From Octopus sinensis (lineage: Eukaryota): a stretch of DNA of 64,000 nucleotides. The stretch is taken from NCBI RefSeq assembly GCF_006345805.1, contig NC_042998.1, positions 90,830,001 to 90,894,000 of the forward strand, read 5' to 3'. A model generated the notes under the pieces. The model made no database searches. It was not told the DNA's origin and saw only the letters and a program-made list of their open reading frames with translations. Positions 59,101 through 64,000 of the stretch are shown one piece after another; position 1 is the first letter of the stretch, and each line of letters opens with the position of its first letter. The position numbers and the translations under genes were made by a program.

Positions 59101-61838
59101 TTGCTCGAAAGCAAGAAAACATTCGTGCTGCAGAATATATAATTCAAGAAGATGAACATGATGAAAGTTTGCAGTCTGAAAGCAGCCCTCTGAATATAAT
59201 TGAAAGACAGATGGATAAAATGGCTAACACTTATCAAGAACTGCTAATTGAACAGCAACAGCTTCGTCAACAGTTACATATGATGAGATATCAAAATACC
59301 AATGCATTTGCCTTTGATGCCAACCAACCAACTAATATGTACTGGCAATCTAATCCATTTTTAACACCCCCTGCTGAAGTTCAAAACTCAGCTTCACAGC
59401 AGCAGATTTTATTAGCATTGAGTCAGTGTTTTCAACAACTTTCAGTTCAGCAGTCTGAAATGAATAATTTACAACGCCAACTCCACACATTGGTTTTACA
59501 ATCTTCAAGAACCGATTCTACTTCTACAAATTCATATATGCAGAATTCATTTCCTACTGGTGTCAATCAATGGAAGAAACCCAGACATTTCTGTTGGGAA
59601 CCTTACCCTCAAAATCCATACCTCTGCAGTAATAGATTTTCTAGTCCCCTGCTAAAACCTGATGCCATACAGAAAACAAAAGCAAGAAGTAATAATATGC
59701 TTTCTTCCACAGTTCCCACCACTAAATCAAGAAAACGAACAAATTCTTCAGACAAAAATTTCAGACGTCGACATCTAAATAAACAACATTGTGATAAAGA
59801 TAATGCTGAAAAATGTCCTAAAGGCTGTAGTCAGACTTGTTCATATTTTTGGAACTTTTCTAACACAAATAAGGACGATGTGGTTGATGTCCCAGCAAGA
59901 TCTAAAAAATTATCTGCATCATCTCGGCAAAAACACACTGCTAATTCATCATCAAAAAATATGACATCTGAAGATGGCAAAAAGAAATTAAAATCATCTC
60001 AGAATACATTAGAATTCAAGCAAGAAGCACCTAATGCTTCTGCTAAATTTTATCCCAAGTCTACTAGTAACAATTCAAGCAGTAAGAAAACCAAAAATGG
60101 AGGTGTGTGGTCAAATAAAACTACAGCTGATCTTGTGAATCAGTGTGACTCAGGAGCTACAAAGAAAGAAAATATTTCAGATCAACTAGATTCTAATAGT
60201 TTTGATTCTCTCAAGTCAGATATCTATGCTGAAGTTGCAAAGTTAATATCTCAGAATGAAAAACACCCCAAATATATGATCTCTTTATTTCAGAAACTCC
60301 AATGTTTTGATTCTTATAGCAAGCGTGATCATATAATGGGTATCATAGATGCTTTGATAGAACAAGCACGATATAACCAGACATTATTTTCTTCTAAATT
60401 CGATGAATTCCCACGTCCTAATCTGACATCTAACAGAATCTCACTTATTTCTGATAATGCCAAAATAGAAAACACATTAAGAACGAAAACTCAGGATTCA
60501 TCTAGCGATGATTCTGGTAGTGAAATAATACAGGTTGTGGCTCCAGTTTCTGATATGCACTTACAGTTTGCTGAAGACTCATTGAAGAAAGCTTTGCATC
60601 AGATGACAAAGCAACATCAAGCTGGAAGTCGAGACAAAATATTAAATAGGGAGCTCCATCATTCAAGTCACACTGCTGTGGACCAAGGAAGTGAGAGCTC
60701 TGTTTCAGATATGGTAGTTGTAAAAAGTGATAACCAAAATGTCTCAGAAATAATTAAGGAAATCTCTAAACAACTAATCCCAATCATTAACCTTCACAAA
60801 AATGAAACGTTTTCTGAAGTAATTATTAGTGATGTTCAACAAAAAATAGTAATTTTATATCGTCAGTTCTTTTCTGAACAAGATATCAATTTCAAGCATT
60901 TGAACTCTAATCTTTATAATAATCTAATAGAATTCAAAAACCAGAGAGTTGCAGATTGCTACCATGCAGTGCTCAAGAAAATATCTGATGTCCTGCACAA
61001 TGAACTGTCATATTTCAGATTAATGGAAGATCTTGGTGAAAATACTTTATCTAAAAGTTTTCTTGATAGACTAACACTTTTTAGTCAAAACACTAATGAC
61101 ACTTCAATAGTAGACCAGTTAAGAAATGATTCAGATACCACTTTGGTGGCATCAGGAACCCAGTTGCTAGCAGATGGAGACTTAACCACGAGAGATTCTT
61201 TATTATCTTGCCGCAAGAAATTGTCTGATAATATACAGGTTGATGTAAAGGAAAAGAATAGATATGAGAATGCAGAAGAAATGCCAAATGGCTTTTTATC
61301 TTGTTCAAGCAAAGATAGTCAAAATCCAGGTGTACCAATGGAAATTGAACTTGCTGTCAGTGAGACAAAGCCATTTTCAAAAATTGGCAGTGATGAAGAT
61401 GATGAAGATGATGATGAATCTCATAATGCTGAAGACCCTTCGGTAACTGCTGTTTCTTTGGCAACTGAGAAAGAAAACCATTGTTTTCCTGAAAGAGGAG
61501 ATGGAGATATTCCTTCAAAAATAAAGAATTCTGACTCTGGAATTTCTGGGAAGCCAAATGGTTTGCTCCCTAAATCTTCAAATGATACAAATCACACCAC
61601 TCCATCAAACGAACATGATCAACTTATTCCATCGGCCGATGATCAGCTTCAAGTTGAGGATATACCAAATGTTTTACAGTCATTGTCAAATGACCAGCTT
61701 GAAGAGGCCATAAATGATCAGTTTACCCCTGGAGCTGCTTTCTTTGAAAACATTGAAAAGAATGAATTAGCTGGAGACAGTGAAGCCTTACCTTGCAACA
61801 AGTTAAACTCACAGTTTGATGCTGCTAGTGATCCTTAA
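56169..61838 (+). CDS. PCM1: Pericentriolar material 1 protein, single coding exon, 1889 aa
   Basis: MATGG start (gtcATGG); ELENLKQHFSFDD, DSNQIVARMMQIKDY, EEQESSYMEIL, TMATWGGST, SDIYAEVAKLISQNE, ELAVSETKP..GSDED, VEDIP and ELAGDSE are colinear with vertebrate PCM1 from N- to C-terminus. Confidence 0.93.
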   Translation: MATGGSPSKGSSSDSHARSGWQSTSDDAVSMNSIQNELRPNNLEVSEWKESTLESNKRRKKGNRERERERGQSLLQDLPSPTERRQHTPSSYSRTKLPPNAELSERMELENLKQHFSFDDYEVSSDDEKNNEKTVSFNRRDMPPNYTRQDTSSTISEHHRHSDGESRKNQKTNKKNRNRTGDARYPSEEIEEKEKNDEKRGAQNNISQDRAQEAITDSNQIVARMMQIKDYRKQIKLMMDTLQESDDPTDHRKISKLAQVLNSLEEQESSYMEILQKLWIIRKRALLNSKSNPNETAKGDSPDDTDSVDSQTSDPALHTFTSGLPEKSEDLTSIEQQQILLKQIMEQKEQLKKLQERQSALLAIEKDAVQKLAEAKERQRLLQDPTVDNMAAPEFAFYQRDNQPAENTIEDVIEEHRKMQNNLPLSNPQSEDNLMTVDLENLGFDPADFQERICQGRLSLQNKLKHLQEKRRCVNELLRYVKSLRSQSTDDMSQMNNNPENTENSVQNSENVTEKTDSPEDDLNLPEPNEKWEELLGVRERLNHLRSLFKEYQVCANDEATEAKDVTSTEEGEKTQNHQQIKSSSCEASDKYSDSNHIQNLSDFEEDFNTELGSLISQPGVRDKLNELQEAKDRLRHLQKLINKLNDSPDGPPEQTAEELAEVLAQSDNQAISKQLSRSAGLPEASALPNGADFTQVSHDQLIPLQNKSAKLKLKMQEQQLEVDRLKDQRERLLSFHQQLLNFHDSLPSWNDEMDKSDRDKTNEVTFAPEPEIQDLNQMTYSSNDELYNKMRKERIQREELRQRKKEMEDLMHKDKPKRNYSRNQDNQSDSVSYSTDFLGANTSADVTMATWGGSTADNFENINEGCDRDDDEEEEEGDDDEERDDINEEFNEDDDYLSDVIRDAEEGGESSSKETYTIEKDARRHVKQSQPGLLGCMPLDSRGNFPPGKRNKYCCQRSDSKGNSPNQKQFGRTNSGFARKQENIRAAEYIIQEDEHDESLQSESSPLNIIERQMDKMANTYQELLIEQQQLRQQLHMMRYQNTNAFAFDANQPTNMYWQSNPFLTPPAEVQNSASQQQILLALSQCFQQLSVQQSEMNNLQRQLHTLVLQSSRTDSTSTNSYMQNSFPTGVNQWKKPRHFCWEPYPQNPYLCSNRFSSPLLKPDAIQKTKARSNNMLSSTVPTTKSRKRTNSSDKNFRRRHLNKQHCDKDNAEKCPKGCSQTCSYFWNFSNTNKDDVVDVPARSKKLSASSRQKHTANSSSKNMTSEDGKKKLKSSQNTLEFKQEAPNASAKFYPKSTSNNSSSKKTKNGGVWSNKTTADLVNQCDSGATKKENISDQLDSNSFDSLKSDIYAEVAKLISQNEKHPKYMISLFQKLQCFDSYSKRDHIMGIIDALIEQARYNQTLFSSKFDEFPRPNLTSNRISLISDNAKIENTLRTKTQDSSSDDSGSEIIQVVAPVSDMHLQFAEDSLKKALHQMTKQHQAGSRDKILNRELHHSSHTAVDQGSESSVSDMVVVKSDNQNVSEIIKEISKQLIPIINLHKNETFSEVIISDVQQKIVILYRQFFSEQDINFKHLNSNLYNNLIEFKNQRVADCYHAVLKKISDVLHNELSYFRLMEDLGENTLSKSFLDRLTLFSQNTNDTSIVDQLRNDSDTTLVASGTQLLADGDLTTRDSLLSCRKKLSDNIQVDVKEKNRYENAEEMPNGFLSCSSKDSQNPGVPMEIELAVSETKPFSKIGSDEDDEDDDESHNAEDPSVTAVSLATEKENHCFPERGDGDIPSKIKNSDSGISGKPNGLLPKSSNDTNHTTPSNEHDQLIPSADDQLQVEDIPNVLQSLSNDQLEEAINDQFTPGAAFFENIEKNELAGDSEALPCNKLNSQFDAASDP

Positions 61839-63307
61839 ATAATTTATAATGCTAACAAGTTTGGATTAATTTTGGTATCTGATTGTTGATCTTAGACACT
61901 CAGAAAAAAAAAAGACATTTTTAGACTTGGTATTTCTTCCAATATAAACTGTTGCTGTTGAGTGTGTATATTTTAAAGGAAGAATTTTTTTTTGCTTGTT
62001 TCCCCCTATCCCTTTGACTTTTGTGTGAAGTAGTAACTTAAGCAATTTATTTCTCTCTTGTATACATTGAGTTTTATTGATGCCATTACAATTTTTCTAC
62101 AACTTTCCAGAAGAGATCCATGGAATTCAGTACAAACTTATTTTTCAGCAGTTCTTTCACATCTTAGTATCAGCTGTATCTTCCCTTAAGCTGTTAATTG
62201 TAGCTGTTTGAACAAATTGGACTAACCTGCTATACAGTTCACACCTTCGTATTTTAAAAGATTTCGTTTTTGATACTTGATATTTATTGTTGATTTCAGT
62301 TATTTTTAATCTTATATAATATTTAAAGCTTAATTATTATATTTCTGTTTTTTATGTATATATAGTACCTTTTACATTACCAAAGATGAATTTTCATTTT
62401 CCTTGCATATGCTTTCTTTAGCAGTTATAGGTGGACACGTTTTTTTAATAATCCGTCCAGATGTTTTAAATAAGTAGATTTACTAGAGAAATTTTATACA
62501 TCTGTATGCTTGGAATTAATCCATAGGGCCATTTTCTTGAAGTGTTTCAGTTGTTTCCCCACTTTACCCTAGATGACTTGTAAATTACTCTCATGCTAAA
62601 ACCTATTTGTAAGTGTAACTGTGAACTCTAAGTATGTGTTGGCTAGTAGCAGGTAGAAAAAAGTTCACTGAGAGGGATAAATAACTTTAGCCTTGAGGAA
62701 GAGGTCTAACGTTTCCAGTTCCGTCATCTGGGTCAAATGATGAAATTGTAATTGTGATCGATTATTAAGGACCAAAGTTCATATTCTTTTAATGGAATAG
62801 AGAGTATTTTACATTGACATATTAATTTGCTTTGGGGTTGCTGTTTTTCTTACCAAATTAACTACTGCAGTTTTTCAACCAATTGTATCAAAATTCTTAT
62901 TGAGACTAAATTGTTTTAAAATACAACTTATCACTGGTCTTAATTTTTAACTCTCCAAAACTAGTTTTGTTACAAAATAAGTATTTAGTTACTTTAATAT
63001 TAGATTAATTCCAAATATATTTCAAACATCAAAACATCTGACTCAGTGAGTAAATATCAAGAATTCCATAATCTCCTTATGAAGTAGAAAATTTTTATGC
63101 TTGAATTTTGTTTTGTATTTAATTGCTGTTATTTTGAATGTAAAGTAAATGTACTTCAAAATTTGTTTGACAATTTTAGTTTTTCTAATACTTATTAGAA
63201 ATTTATATTTCAATTCTTTTTTGGTTCCCATTGATATATCAATTCCTACTTATACTTAATAACCTTTCAAAATTGTTAGCGGTTTCCTTTCTTTGAAAGT
63301 CAAATTC

Positions 63308-63313
63308 AATAAA
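63308..63313 (+). promoter_or_regulatory. Candidate PCM1 polyadenylation signal AATAAA (another at 63766-63771)
   Basis: Hexamer match only, in AT-rich sequence. Confidence 0.25.
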
Positions 63314-64000
63314 ATCTAAATAGAAAATATTTCTCTGTTACTGTTGACATATTATAAACAATAATGAAGACATAGCTATAAGTATATGTATTTTAGCATT
63401 ACATTTGGAACTAATATATGCACACTATCTGGATCTCTGATTTTAATCTTGCAGTTTTGAATTACTAGCTTTAAGTACTGCAAATTGTAATCATTTATTT
63501 CACATTGATAGAATAGATTTTTAAAAAAAAGGTGCAGCTGTCCTTTGTGCAGAAAGTCTTCTTAATGGTCCAGAACACATAAATGCTTTTTGCGTTTTCA
63601 AAATGTTCTGCAGTATAATATATTTGAATTTTTCTATTATGAAAAATCAATTTATTTCTTAGCTTCATGTAAATTTTTTTTGAAAAATGAATATTTTCAA
63701 TGCACAATTTTCTCTCCAGACTTATTTTTCAGTATCATTTGTTTCTTTTGGTTATTTATAGTGTCAATAAACTTCTTCCAAACATTTGTATTTAATTTCT
63801 TGCATTTATATCACTTTTATTACAAATTCCTAATAGGTGTATTATATCAATGGAAGGATTTAGCCTTTCCCTTTCATCTATTAATAATTCATCTTTTTTA
63901 ACTTGGACTTCATCAAATATTGAAAAAACTCTGCACAGCAGCCTATGTTTACCAATATTTTGAATGGAATTCAGTAAATGGACACTTTATATCATATCTT

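Noticed and set aside
56542-61557. Short overlapping or antisense ORFs within PCM1
   Set aside because: Shadow frames with no independent signal.
62695-62735. Hammerhead-like string on the minus strand (CAGAUGA..GGAAACGUU)
   Set aside because: U4 is missing, stem II is implausible, and there is no complementary stem I.

Overview
AT-rich eukaryotic genomic DNA. The (TA)n/(CA)n arrays, CORE-type SINEs and (CAT)n-tailed RTE elements suggest a cephalopod, most likely Octopus (inference). There is one 100-N assembly gap at 7172-7271. Two protein genes lie head-to-head. GAPVD1 (minus strand) has five coding exons reconstructed by hand (20710-19592, 11406-11275, 5375-5186, 4555-4392, 915-783) and continues off the left edge. 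PCM1 (plus strand, 56169-61838) has an apparently intronless 1889-aa CDS preceded by a small 5'-UTR intron. A CpG-enriched region near 55.7-56.0 kb carries an NRF1-like palindrome and two opposed ETS motifs and looks like a shared bidirectional promoter, which would give GAPVD1 about 35 kb of 5' intron. The introns hold a CR1-group LINE with an open RT ORF, many RTE copies, a mariner, MITEs, Helitron-like elements, an R4/Dong relic, SINEs and Penelope-like fragments. The most striking unannotated signal is four minimal type-I hammerhead-ribozyme-like motifs from three repeat families, all sense to the GAPVD1 pre-mRNA. They show unusual cores: a G3-C8 covariant, a U6 variant in two copies, and a decayed copy with a canonical CUGAAGA strand downstream of a tRNA-derived Pol III head. 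Several long fold-back structures are also present.
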